In this document: piece by piece, positions 10,501 to 19,555 of the stretch | Position numbering within the stretch: position 1 is the stretch's first letter | Layout: the number at the start of each line of letters is the position of its first letter | IMG/VR virus record: IMGVR_UViG_3300032291_002550 | Coordinates: 132,981-196,980 of that record | Direction: 5' to 3' (one strand) | DNA from: a virus | DNA length: 64,000 nt | The notes under the pieces: generated by a model | Database searches by the model: none | What the model was told of the DNA's origin: nothing | Seen by the model: only the letters and a program-made list of their open reading frames with translations | Made by a program: the position numbers and the translations under genes

Positions 10501-11434
10501 AGATACTAACGTAGTAGGTATTTATTTATCTCCGCAAGATATGATAGATTCTGATATTTACAATCAGTTAGGATATTTTGATATTGATGATTATATCGGA
10601 GATCCGGCAGATCAAAATTTATCTTATTATATTGATTTAAGAACGATACAGTATCAATATTGGAAAAAGTATAAAGATAAAAATAATATGCCGGTATTAT
10701 TAAAATTATTATCGGTATATGATTATTCATTCTTTGATCAATTAAAACAATTATTACCGGCTAGAGTTTCTTTAGATAATAGTATTAAGATTAGACCAAA
10801 TGTATTAGAACGTAGCAAAATTACTATTTTAGATGATGTAGTTGCCGTAACTCCGATGTATGAGGATACAATTAACGTTAATAATAATATTAATCTTACG
10901 GGAGAATATCCTGTTTATAGTGCAAGTATTGATTATACGGAGCAATTAGAAAAAGCAGGATTATATAACTATAGTTCTAGTAAATATATATCAGGCTCTG
11001 GAGTAGTAAATATGATGGTAAGATTTGAATCGACAGGTTCAACGATAATTCAAAATACATTATCATTAACTAGACAAGTATTTTATCCAATATATAGTAC
11101 AGAAATAAGTGCTAGTATTGGAAGATATAACTCTAGCAGTTATTATAAAGCTGCAGAGGTTCAAGATTATAATTATGCATTAGCAGCATTTAGAAAAAGA
11201 TCGTTTGAAGGAACAAAAATATCTGCACCGGGATATAATATTAACAGTATAGATTTGCCTGATAATTCTCCGGTAATATCTATAAAAATAGTTAATCCTG
11301 GCACGGTAAGAAATAATCCATCTAAACCAGTATTAGTATTACCGAATCAGCCGGGCAATATTTCAGTAACAAATCCAAATTCTAATGTTAGAAATAGTAT
11401 AGGATATTCTTCACAAGGATTTAATATTGGATAA
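7595..11434 (+). CDS. Large baseplate wedge protein (gp7/P2 gpI-like segment plus LamG-like domain)
   Basis: LPYLLKTKGTKRSIQALMSCYG (phage tail protein I-like KGT motif); FDGNLNEFRYW LamG-type ending. Confidence 0.65.
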   Translation: MLIDTLLQTEQLIYDPGFNNTDLLITGQVKTKTPTAQSSKYEVNIYSFNGILLDSYINDVRTPFRLTSTGSFLDINLSKYFDQSNLNSGKYYYIVNSYNQFGLNELVVEEISATRTEIRLLRVKQKNQFLESRELQAGLAPQEDPTSILILDDQLNSSQTAPEVILTDFDKNLVYQNIKPYQFRNLFLNFGQNRLFRIINIEIGKSPSFEILVKLYEPLPIDIDVTQICEIDEVYFSYGDVAEYIQNVEIIDPTIQIQGPNFNIDVDFYKNSTTGFQTWNDLLDVNLSTSQQIIDSYFGESLQGIKLNIDYSKPEQFVFYSSAEERFNNFYYKIQLIEDYNKQLTTLNNISQSIKTANIIDVTKKRSKIITGFDDFEKYLYFGTESGSLYTFYTGSIATWPKTTTGSLNWLESYNYWVDNYSNGALNTNIGYNLQSTTSTIVKTYAEDTIAILREYDKNNISSLLKTIPASILLDDNNSEYFIFVNMIGHHFDIIYTYINHLSSIHSREEHPLDGISKELLTDVAQSFGWNLVNSKKKDSLWQYVTGLDSNGNYLQTGSLTPTISTEQYTLEIWNRIVNNLPYLLKTKGTKRSIQALMSCYGIPSTVINIKEFGGPTKNNIQPDWQIDKFIYSLEFGNNTGSITIPWDTLTTTNRTPDTIQFRFKPDSSVVLYPRTLLRTDNSGDPYFYITYDQPSNYNSKEGQLTYYLLQPDLTYVSASLNNIPMFNGDWTSVNIQRTYLPTSSTSIVAAFKTSVASSGGTLEAESCLTSTISNLITSDSASSFTIGAVVKNYDNIIYNKSSSVNGSNLYYNLTSNIIIGSASYSTSNKAFDGNLNEFRYWSYLLNNDSMAQYSKNPLFYGGNADQDAYDYLSFRLPLSYLITTTGSYPSVHPNQSISSFTSAASAATFNGFQDGDLGGEDYTTYVVTPSLGADNLYSTKIRVVSNSLTSSLSLDNTSEIPTSEQTPKDTNVVGIYLSPQDMIDSDIYNQLGYFDIDDYIGDPADQNLSYYIDLRTIQYQYWKKYKDKNNMPVLLKLLSVYDYSFFDQLKQLLPARVSLDNSIKIRPNVLERSKITILDDVVAVTPMYEDTINVNNNINLTGEYPVYSASIDYTEQLEKAGLYNYSSSKYISGSGVVNMMVRFESTGSTIIQNTLSLTRQVFYPIYSTEISASIGRYNSSSYYKAAEVQDYNYALAAFRKRSFEGTKISAPGYNINSIDLPDNSPVISIKIVNPGTVRNNPSKPVLVLPNQPGNISVTNPNSNVRNSIGYSSQGFNIG

Positions 11435-11483
11435 AAAATAGTCTTAACATATAATTATTTTAAAATAAGAAGATATACATATT

Positions 11484-12209
11484 ATGGGATATTTAAATAA
11501 TGCAAGCGTAACTGTAGACGCTATATTAACTACAAAAGGCCGTGAATTACTTTCAAAGGGAAGTACGAATGGGTTAAATATTAAATACTTTGCTCTAGGG
11601 GATGATGAAGTAGATTATGATTTATGGAATCCATCACATCCATTAGGAAGTGATTATTACGGTATTATTATAGAAAATATGCCTGTATTAGAAGCATCAC
11701 CTATTCCAGAACAAAATTTAAAAAGTAAATTAATTACTTTACCAAAAAGCACGACAAGATTAACTACTATAAATCCAATAACGATACCGACAGGTACATT
11801 TACGATTAATTTAAGCACTGGAGGTTCGGGAGCATTTCCATTTTATCAAAATCAAGGAGCTAATGGAATTGAAGCGCAAATTAGCTTATCCGATGGCAGT
11901 ACTGGTAATAGTAATCTAGGATATACTATATATTATGATTCGAGATATATTAATATTACTCCGCAAATATCGGCTAATTTTAGCAATTTAGGTCAAATAC
12001 TTGGCGGAACTAATTCGCAGACAACATCTATAGGAGATTCTGGTGTAGCTCTTAGCAGTATAATTTCTACAAATAAATTTAGAATAAATGTAATACCATC
12101 AGCAGTATACACAGATTTTAATGGTAATGCAACGACATTAAATATATTTGTTCAAGGAAATGAATTAGGAGGTAAAATAACAGTACCAGTACCTATCGGA
12201 GTAAGATAA
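11484..12209 (+). CDS. Baseplate/tail-fibre attachment protein
   Basis: DAILTTKGRELL...FALGDDEVDY resembles the TxxG N-terminus of tail-collar/fibre anchor domains. Confidence 0.55.
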   Translation: MGYLNNASVTVDAILTTKGRELLSKGSTNGLNIKYFALGDDEVDYDLWNPSHPLGSDYYGIIIENMPVLEASPIPEQNLKSKLITLPKSTTRLTTINPITIPTGTFTINLSTGGSGAFPFYQNQGANGIEAQISLSDGSTGNSNLGYTIYYDSRYINITPQISANFSNLGQILGGTNSQTTSIGDSGVALSSIISTNKFRINVIPSAVYTDFNGNATTLNIFVQGNELGGKITVPVPIGVR

Positions 12210-12231
12210 TATAATACCTTAAAAAATAAAA

Positions 12232-13326
12232 ATGACAACATTTACAGAATTACAAACGCCAAGAGATATAGTAACTAATTTAAATCAAATAGTTACATCA
12301 CCATTATGGGCAAATAATGTAGGTACATTAACTACATACTATACTAGTTCATTAATGACTTCTACACAAAAACAATATTATTATAATGTTGTTAGTGATA
12401 CAAGTACTAGTGCAAGTGGGCAGTTTGCAGTTACATACGGAAATAGATTAGGAAGCGGCAGTTATTCCGGCGGAGGTTCATTAAATGACTCTCCTACAAG
12501 AGCTATTTATTCGCAATATAAAAATATTTTATTAGATTCTACAGATACTCAATTTACATTTTACGGCGGAGTAAATTCTGATAGTATTTATGTAATTGCA
12601 GTCGACAGAGTAAGATTAAAAGAAAGATTAAATGCTGGTACGTGGCAATTAAATTTAGCAGAGTTAAACGGTAGAGGCTTTGCTAATGCAGCATATACTG
12701 GAAGTAATGTAGCCGTTTCTAGTTCAAATAAAATAATTAGTTTAATTGATGATAGTTTATCATCTACAACGAATAGTGCGACTAACGGAGGTAGAATATA
12801 TAATATAGTATCAGGGTCAGTGAATAATGGTATTTTTGGAGGTACAGTAAATTCAGCATCTGCATATGGTTTAGTTTATCCTGATTTAGGATTATTAGTA
12901 TTAAATGGCAATATGTTAAATTCGCAACTTTCATTTAATACTGTTACGGCATCATATACAGTGACAGGTTCGTCAGCAGTGCCAGGTGGAGATAATGCAT
13001 GGAAATTATATACATCAATTTCAGGTGCAGCTGCGATTAGTGCTGCAAATGGATTTACAGCAAGAAATCAAGAATCAATTAAATCTCAAATTGTATTTGT
13101 AAGAGCATATAATGGAGAATACAATTTTTCAAATAATCCAACTTTTGTAACAGGGTCAGATAATACATTGTCACAAACTACGATGTATAATAACCCGCAA
13201 GTATATATTACATCTATTGGATTATATGATACTCAATATAATTTAGTAGCAGTTGCAAAATTAAGCAAACCATTACTTAAATCTTTTGATAGAGAAATTT
13301 TAGTGAAGGTAAAAATTGACTTTTAA
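12232..13326 (+). CDS. Baseplate structural protein
   Basis: C-terminal YITSIGLYD...LVAVAKLSKPLLKS domain; S/T/G-rich; baseplate operon. Confidence 0.6.
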   Translation: MTTFTELQTPRDIVTNLNQIVTSPLWANNVGTLTTYYTSSLMTSTQKQYYYNVVSDTSTSASGQFAVTYGNRLGSGSYSGGGSLNDSPTRAIYSQYKNILLDSTDTQFTFYGGVNSDSIYVIAVDRVRLKERLNAGTWQLNLAELNGRGFANAAYTGSNVAVSSSNKIISLIDDSLSSTTNSATNGGRIYNIVSGSVNNGIFGGTVNSASAYGLVYPDLGLLVLNGNMLNSQLSFNTVTASYTVTGSSAVPGGDNAWKLYTSISGAAAISAANGFTARNQESIKSQIVFVRAYNGEYNFSNNPTFVTGSDNTLSQTTMYNNPQVYITSIGLYDTQYNLVAVAKLSKPLLKSFDREILVKVKIDF

Positions 13327-13347
13327 AATATTAAGAAAGAAATTAAG

Positions 13348-13372
13348 AAAGCTCCTTTGTTGGGGCTTTTTT
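13348..13372 (+). terminator. Rho-independent terminator
   Basis: AAAGCTCC-TTTGTT-GGGGCTTT followed by a T run, after the stop at 13326. Confidence 0.75.
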
Positions 13373-13418
13373 ACTGAATATATTATCTTATCGATATTTA
13401 TAATAAAGGTAAAAGTTA

Positions 13419-14948
13419 ATGACAGATTATAAAACATTCAGTACTATACAAGATTCAAATGTAGCTACATATACTGCACATAAAAACTGGAGCTTTACAT
13501 CTCAATCTTTTACTGATTCAAAATTTAAATATTTAAGAGGTATTTACTCAGATAAATATGTAACAATAAGTGCATCATCTGCTGCAGGAGAGCTTCAAAA
13601 TTCCGACGGCAGTTATATGAAAAATACGTATATAGGTATTAATCATTTATATTATTCTTCATATCTAAACTTTGGATATATTAGTTATCCTATAGGAACT
13701 TTTACGAGAAATTTAAATAAAGAATTAATAACATATTCTGTTCCGAGAATTAAAGTTGGCGATGAAATAAAACCTGGTAGTGTATCTTTAACAGTAACTG
13801 GGAAAGCTAATGAAACAATTACTTTACAAGATAATGGAAATTATGAATTAATAGATGCTAGAATTAATACATCTAGCTTCACGTCTGACTCTTTAATTTA
13901 CTTAGGATTTAATAACGGATTTAAATCTGATTATACTCCGGAAAGTTATTCTTCTAAAGATATAAATTATACTACAGGTATTTCTAGCAATACTTATACT
14001 CATGGATATCAAGCTAATTTTAATGGGACTTCTTCATACATTCAAGTAAATGATGATTTAGATAATTGGTTTAATACTTTTGATAATGATTTTGCAATAT
14101 CATTTTGGATCTTTCCTCAAGATACTATATCAACAAATCAATCCGTAATATCTAAAAAGTGGCTTAATGGAACATTACTTAAATCATATCCATTCGATAT
14201 AACATATAATGGTGTAACATCTACTCTTATATTTACAAGAACAGATATTAATAGTACATCAACTATAACAATGCCTTTAGATCCTATTATCAATTCAAAC
14301 AAACCCGGGTTTATTATATTTCAAAAAGTAGGAACCCATCTAGACGTAACACTTCAAGTCACTGAAGGTGGGTTATCTTCATTTGACACTGTAACTGATA
14401 TAACTACCGAAAAAGTATCAAACAAAAGTAGTATATATTTAGGAGCAGCAAATAATTTAGGTTTAACACCATTTAGTGGAAGTTTAGATGAAGTAAGATT
14501 TTTTAATCGTGCATTAACTCAAAATGAAATAACATCATTATCTTCATTATATGATATAGATTATTCAGCATTACAAACTAATAAAGTTGGTAATATATTT
14601 TATGACCAAGGGATGATAATTTATTCTCCTTATCAAAATGAATTAGTCTCAGCATCATTTACAAAAGATTTTACTTTATCATATAAAAGTAGCTTAGATA
14701 TAGAACAATTAAAATATTATATCAATGTTCCTATGAACGATTTTAATACAAGTACTAATCCTTCATTATATGATATAACAGGTTCTTTAGCTTCATTCGC
14801 AACAGGATCTGATTTTAATCCATATATAACAACAATTGGATTATATGATACAAATTATAATTTAGTAGCAGTTGCAAAATTAGGAGCACCAATACCAAAA
14901 AGAAATGATATCGATCTAAACTTTGAAGTTAGATTTGATAGATCATAA
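13419..14948 (+). CDS. Baseplate protein with LamG/concanavalin-A-like domain
   Basis: FNGTSSYI...FAISFWI...FSGSLDEVRFFNRALTQNEI LamG motifs; C-terminus paralogous to 12232..13326. Confidence 0.7.
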   Translation: MTDYKTFSTIQDSNVATYTAHKNWSFTSQSFTDSKFKYLRGIYSDKYVTISASSAAGELQNSDGSYMKNTYIGINHLYYSSYLNFGYISYPIGTFTRNLNKELITYSVPRIKVGDEIKPGSVSLTVTGKANETITLQDNGNYELIDARINTSSFTSDSLIYLGFNNGFKSDYTPESYSSKDINYTTGISSNTYTHGYQANFNGTSSYIQVNDDLDNWFNTFDNDFAISFWIFPQDTISTNQSVISKKWLNGTLLKSYPFDITYNGVTSTLIFTRTDINSTSTITMPLDPIINSNKPGFIIFQKVGTHLDVTLQVTEGGLSSFDTVTDITTEKVSNKSSIYLGAANNLGLTPFSGSLDEVRFFNRALTQNEITSLSSLYDIDYSALQTNKVGNIFYDQGMIIYSPYQNELVSASFTKDFTLSYKSSLDIEQLKYYINVPMNDFNTSTNPSLYDITGSLASFATGSDFNPYITTIGLYDTNYNLVAVAKLGAPIPKRNDIDLNFEVRFDRS

Positions 14949-14964
14949 AAATAAAATATAAGTT

Positions 14965-15381
14965 ATGGCAAAAAAGAAATTTTCAATTAGAGCATTAGCT
15001 CGCAAACATGGATATCGTTCTGGACTAGAAGATAAGATATCAGAACAACTTAAGTTCACAGGAAAAACTTGGAGTTACGAATCTGAAAAATTAAAGTATA
15101 CTATCCCGGAGAGAGTTGCAACATATACACCTGATTTTATCTTAATTAAGAAAGATGGAAGTAAAATGTATATAGAAACTAAAGGCAGATTTACTGCTAT
15201 TGATAGAAAGAAGCATCTATTAGTAAAGAGTAGTAACCCAGAATTAGATATACGTCTTTTATTTCAAACACCAAATAATAAGATAACTAAAAACTCTAAA
15301 ACTACATACGCAGATTGGGCGAATAAAAATGGATATCTTTGGGCAGCAAAAGAAATTCCTGTTGAATGGCTAGAAGAATAA
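14965..15381 (+). CDS. T7 endonuclease I-like Holliday junction resolvase
   Basis: YRSGLE...YTPDF...IETKGRF...DRKKHLL...LDIRLLFQ are the PD-(D/E)xK motifs of T7 gp3. Confidence 0.9.
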   Translation: MAKKKFSIRALARKHGYRSGLEDKISEQLKFTGKTWSYESEKLKYTIPERVATYTPDFILIKKDGSKMYIETKGRFTAIDRKKHLLVKSSNPELDIRLLFQTPNNKITKNSKTTYADWANKNGYLWAAKEIPVEWLEE

Positions 15382-15398
15382 GAAATTTTTATTATATT
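15370..15398 (+). promoter_or_regulatory. Putative early/middle promoter (weaker match to the TTWG-N20-TATATT class)
   Basis: CTAG-N19-TATATT just upstream of the primase ATG. Confidence 0.4.
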
Positions 15399-15405
15399 AT
15401 CTTAA

Positions 15406-16353
15406 ATGGATAATACTAAATTAATTTCTTCTTTAGAATCGGTTCTTGGTCGTGGTAAGAAAACGTCCGGTGGAAATGTAGCATTTTACTGCCCGTTTTG
15501 TAATCATCATAAAAGAAAATTAGAAGTTCAATTAATAACTACTAATAAAGGCGAGAATCATTGGCATTGTTGGACATGTAACAAAGCCGGAAAAAAGCTA
15601 AAAAATTTATATAAACAACTTAATACTAGTTATGATAAAATTGTAGAGTTAAATAAAGCTCTAGGTGTTATTACTAAAGACATTAACAGTTTATTTATAG
15701 AACATTCGAATTATACATCGACACATTTATCACTCCCGGCAGAATATAAATCTTTTTTGGAAGCAGAAAATACCCCTGATTATAGGAATGCTTTAAAATA
15801 TTTAAGAGAAGATCGTGGGTTTACAAATTTTGATATTATAAAATATCATCTAGGATTTTGCGAAACGGGTCAGTATAGACATAAAATTATTATTCCTAGT
15901 TATAATTTATCAGGCAGTTTAAATTTCTTTGTTGGCAGGGATTTCTATGGTTCTAATTTTAAACATAAAAATCCAAATGTAAGTAAAGAAATAATTGGGT
16001 TTGAATTATATGTAAATTGGAATTTACCTGTAGTATTAGTTGAAGGCGCAATTGATGCAATGACAATTAAAAGAAATACCATTCCATTATTCGGGAAAAC
16101 AATTCCAGATGAACTTAGAAAACGATTAATAGAAAAAAAAGTAAAAGAAATTTATATTTGTTTAGATAAAGATGCTCAAAAACAAGCATTAAATGTAGCA
16201 AGTGAATTTATGGATGAAGGTATGACAGTTTATTTTGTAGACCTTCATGAAAAAGATCCAAATGAAATTGGATTTGAACGAATGATTAAAATTATTAAAG
16301 AAACAAAGCCGTTAACATTTGCGGAGTTAATAAAATATAAATTAAATATATGA
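15406..16353 (+). CDS. DNA primase (DnaG/gp61-like)
   Basis: Zn finger CPFC...HCWTC; TOPRIM motifs VEGAIDAM and LDKDA. Confidence 0.9.
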   Translation: MDNTKLISSLESVLGRGKKTSGGNVAFYCPFCNHHKRKLEVQLITTNKGENHWHCWTCNKAGKKLKNLYKQLNTSYDKIVELNKALGVITKDINSLFIEHSNYTSTHLSLPAEYKSFLEAENTPDYRNALKYLREDRGFTNFDIIKYHLGFCETGQYRHKIIIPSYNLSGSLNFFVGRDFYGSNFKHKNPNVSKEIIGFELYVNWNLPVVLVEGAIDAMTIKRNTIPLFGKTIPDELRKRLIEKKVKEIYICLDKDAQKQALNVASEFMDEGMTVYFVDLHEKDPNEIGFERMIKIIKETKPLTFAELIKYKLNI

Positions 16354-19300
16354 TTAAAATTCATAAAATAAATAATAAAATAAGTAATATTCAATATATT
16401 ATTCATATTGCAGATATTCATATTCGTTTACAAAAACGACATGAAGAATATCGTACAGTATTTTCTAGATTATATGAATATTGTAAAAATTTTAAATCTA
16501 ATAATCCAAATACAATTATATATGTAGCCGGAGATATTGCTCATTCTAAGACAGATATGTCACCTGAGCAAATAAACATGATTCAAGATTTTTTTAGATC
16601 ATTAGCAGATATCACAGATACAATCGTAATTACTGGTAATCATGATATGAATCTAAATAATAAAACTAGATTAGATGCCCTAGAGCCTATTATTAATGCT
16701 CTTAATCATCCTAACTTATTTTATTTAAAAAATACCGGTGTTTATGAATTAGGTAATGTTTATTTTAATGTAATGGGTGTATCTGATAAGCCAATATCAT
16801 TTATTAAAGGCATAGATATACCAAATGATAAAATTAAAATTGCTCTTCATCATGGCGCAGTGAATCAAGCTTCGACAGCAGTTGGATTTCAATTAACAAA
16901 TGATCATGTAAATACAGAAACATTTGCAAATCATACAATTACATTATTAGGAGATATACATAAATTTCAATATCTAAACTCAGATAAAACTATTGCTTAT
17001 GCTTCTAGTCTTATTCAACAAAATTTTGGGGAAACTTTAGACTTTCATGGATTGATGATATGGGATGTTAATACCGCACAGTCTAAATTTATAGAAGTAG
17101 AAAATGATTATGGATATGTTACTTTAGAAGTTAGTAATGGTATAATAACGACATACCCAGCAAAATTTCCAAAAAAGCCTAGAATCAAATTAAAGATTCA
17201 AAATACGACATCTTCTCAAATAAAAACAATTGTAGCAGATTTAAAATCTAAATATAATGTTCAAGATATAGTAACGCAGAAAGTAAAAGATTTTCATAAA
17301 GATAATTCTAATACAACAAAAATATCTTTAGGTAATGTTAGGGATGTTGAATATCAAAATACAATATTAACAGATTATTTAACAAATCGTTTAGATATTG
17401 ATGAAGATGAAATTTTAGATGGTGTGCGACATATTAACAGAATAATTAATTCTAAATTACAAAGTGCAGACATTCCTAAGAATATAACATATAATCTTAT
17501 GAAGTTTGAATTTTCAAACATGTTTAGTTATGGAGAAAATAATATTATAGATTTTAGTCAAATGAATGGAATTTATGGATTATTTGCTTCTAACAGAAGT
17601 GGTAAAAGTTCATTATTAGATTCATTATTATATTGTATTTTTGATAAATCTACGAAAACAGATAAAGCAGCATATGTTTTAAATAATAAAAAAGATTCAT
17701 TTTCTTGTAAATTAGAAATTGAAATTAACAATAAAAAATATTTTATTGAGCGGTCTGGAGCAAAACAAAAATCAGGTCATGTTAGAGTAACTGTTAGCTT
17801 TTATACATTAGATGATGCAGGTCAAATTATTTCATTAAATGGTCAAGAACGTGATGAAACAAATGCTATTATCAGAACATATTTAGGAACATATAAAGAC
17901 TTTATTTTAACTTCAGTAATTGCTCAAAATAATAATACTGGATTTATTGAAATGACTCAAAAAGAACGTAAAGATTTATTGTCACAGTTTTTAGATATTA
18001 ATATTTTTGATGATTTACAAAAAATAGCATCTGAAGAAATTAAAGATGTACATGCTCTTTTAAAGGACTTACAAAAACAAGATTTTAGTAGTAGAATTTC
18101 TGATGCAGAAAAAGTTATAAAAGAAAATGAAATATCTCATAAAGAATTAGACATTAAACGTATAACATTAGAAAATTGTATTACGAAGCATGAATCTGCA
18201 TTATTAGATATTGCTTCAAAAATTATACCTTTAACAGATGTAAGTTATGACTTAAATAAATTACAAAATAATTTAGAATTAGCAACATCAAAATCTGAGA
18301 AACTTTTATCTGAAATATTATCAATATCTAATGAAATTAGCAATTTAGACGAACGTATAAGCACGTTAACGGATAAACTAAATACATTTAATATGGATGA
18401 AATTGATAGCTCTTTAAATCAATTAAAATTGTATAACGAGCAACATAAAAAACTGTTATCTGATTTAAAAGTTAAACAAGTACATCATTCTCATATTCTA
18501 GATAAAATGAAAAAATTAGAAGATCTAGAATATGATCAAAATTGTTCATTTTGTATGAATAATATATTTGTAAAAGATGCAATTCAAACTAAAGAAACTT
18601 TATCTTCTCATGAAAATGAAATTAAGGATTTATTGGAAGGACAAAAATCTCTTGAAATTTCAATAAATGGGTTAGACCAATATATACTTCAAAATAAAGA
18701 AGTTAACAGTATTAAAAGTGAAATTCAAGTTCTTGAAAATAAAAAGTCATCTTTAGAGTTAAGTTCTAGTCAAAAGAAAGTTGGACATGCAGCCGCAGAA
18801 AGTTCAAAGAAAGAATTTGTTGATAGTATTAAAACATATAATGAAAATAAAGATGCTATAGAGTATAATTTATCATTTACAGAAGAAATTAAACGTACTA
18901 AAGAAGAATTAAGTAAAGATAAGACAGAATTAGGATTAATTAATTCTCAAATGTCCAAATTAATAACTGGTATTGAATTAGAAAAGCAAAATAAAACTAA
19001 TGCTTTAAATAGTATTGAAAAGCTTAGATCATTAGAACGAGAATATAAGTTTTATGAATTATATCTTTCTGCTACAAATCGTAACGGAATTCCATATGAT
19101 TTAATTTGTAAGGTAATGCCTCAAATTGAAACAGAAATTAATAATGTATTAAACCAATTAGTAGATTTTAATATCATGCTTCAAACAGATGAAAAAAATA
19201 TTAATGCATATATTGTTTATGATGATGACAATTATTGGCCATTAGAACTAACATCGGGGATGGAAAGATTTGTTAGTTCATTAGCTATAAGAAATGCATT

Positions 19301-19526
19301 AATCAGTATTACTAATTTACCTAAACCAAATTTTATTGCTATAGATGAAGGTTTTACGCAATTAGATTCTGAAAACATGAATCAAGTATATTTATTATTC
19401 AATTATCTTAAAACACAATTTGATTTTATGATGATTATTTCTCATATAGATGTTATGAGAGATATGGTAGAACATTTTATTGAAATTAAAAAAGAACAAG
19501 GATTTTCTAAAGTTTCCATTATGTAA
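16350..19526 (+). CDS. Fused Mre11/SbcD (gp47-like) nuclease and Rad50/SbcC (gp46-like) ATPase
   Basis: Phosphoesterase motifs ADIH, AGD, GNHD, LGDIH; Walker A ASNRSGKSS; Zn hook CSFC in the coiled coil; signature SGMERF; Walker B IAIDEGF; H-loop ISH. Confidence 0.92.
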   Translation: MIKIHKINNKISNIQYIIHIADIHIRLQKRHEEYRTVFSRLYEYCKNFKSNNPNTIIYVAGDIAHSKTDMSPEQINMIQDFFRSLADITDTIVITGNHDMNLNNKTRLDALEPIINALNHPNLFYLKNTGVYELGNVYFNVMGVSDKPISFIKGIDIPNDKIKIALHHGAVNQASTAVGFQLTNDHVNTETFANHTITLLGDIHKFQYLNSDKTIAYASSLIQQNFGETLDFHGLMIWDVNTAQSKFIEVENDYGYVTLEVSNGIITTYPAKFPKKPRIKLKIQNTTSSQIKTIVADLKSKYNVQDIVTQKVKDFHKDNSNTTKISLGNVRDVEYQNTILTDYLTNRLDIDEDEILDGVRHINRIINSKLQSADIPKNITYNLMKFEFSNMFSYGENNIIDFSQMNGIYGLFASNRSGKSSLLDSLLYCIFDKSTKTDKAAYVLNNKKDSFSCKLEIEINNKKYFIERSGAKQKSGHVRVTVSFYTLDDAGQIISLNGQERDETNAIIRTYLGTYKDFILTSVIAQNNNTGFIEMTQKERKDLLSQFLDINIFDDLQKIASEEIKDVHALLKDLQKQDFSSRISDAEKVIKENEISHKELDIKRITLENCITKHESALLDIASKIIPLTDVSYDLNKLQNNLELATSKSEKLLSEILSISNEISNLDERISTLTDKLNTFNMDEIDSSLNQLKLYNEQHKKLLSDLKVKQVHHSHILDKMKKLEDLEYDQNCSFCMNNIFVKDAIQTKETLSSHENEIKDLLEGQKSLEISINGLDQYILQNKEVNSIKSEIQVLENKKSSLELSSSQKKVGHAAAESSKKEFVDSIKTYNENKDAIEYNLSFTEEIKRTKEELSKDKTELGLINSQMSKLITGIELEKQNKTNALNSIEKLRSLEREYKFYELYLSATNRNGIPYDLICKVMPQIETEINNVLNQLVDFNIMLQTDEKNINAYIVYDDDNYWPLELTSGMERFVSSLAIRNALISITNLPKPNFIAIDEGFTQLDSENMNQVYLLFNYLKTQFDFMMIISHIDVMRDMVEHFIEIKKEQGFSKVSIM

Positions 19527-19555
19527 CATAATTATATGTATAGAAATATCATATA

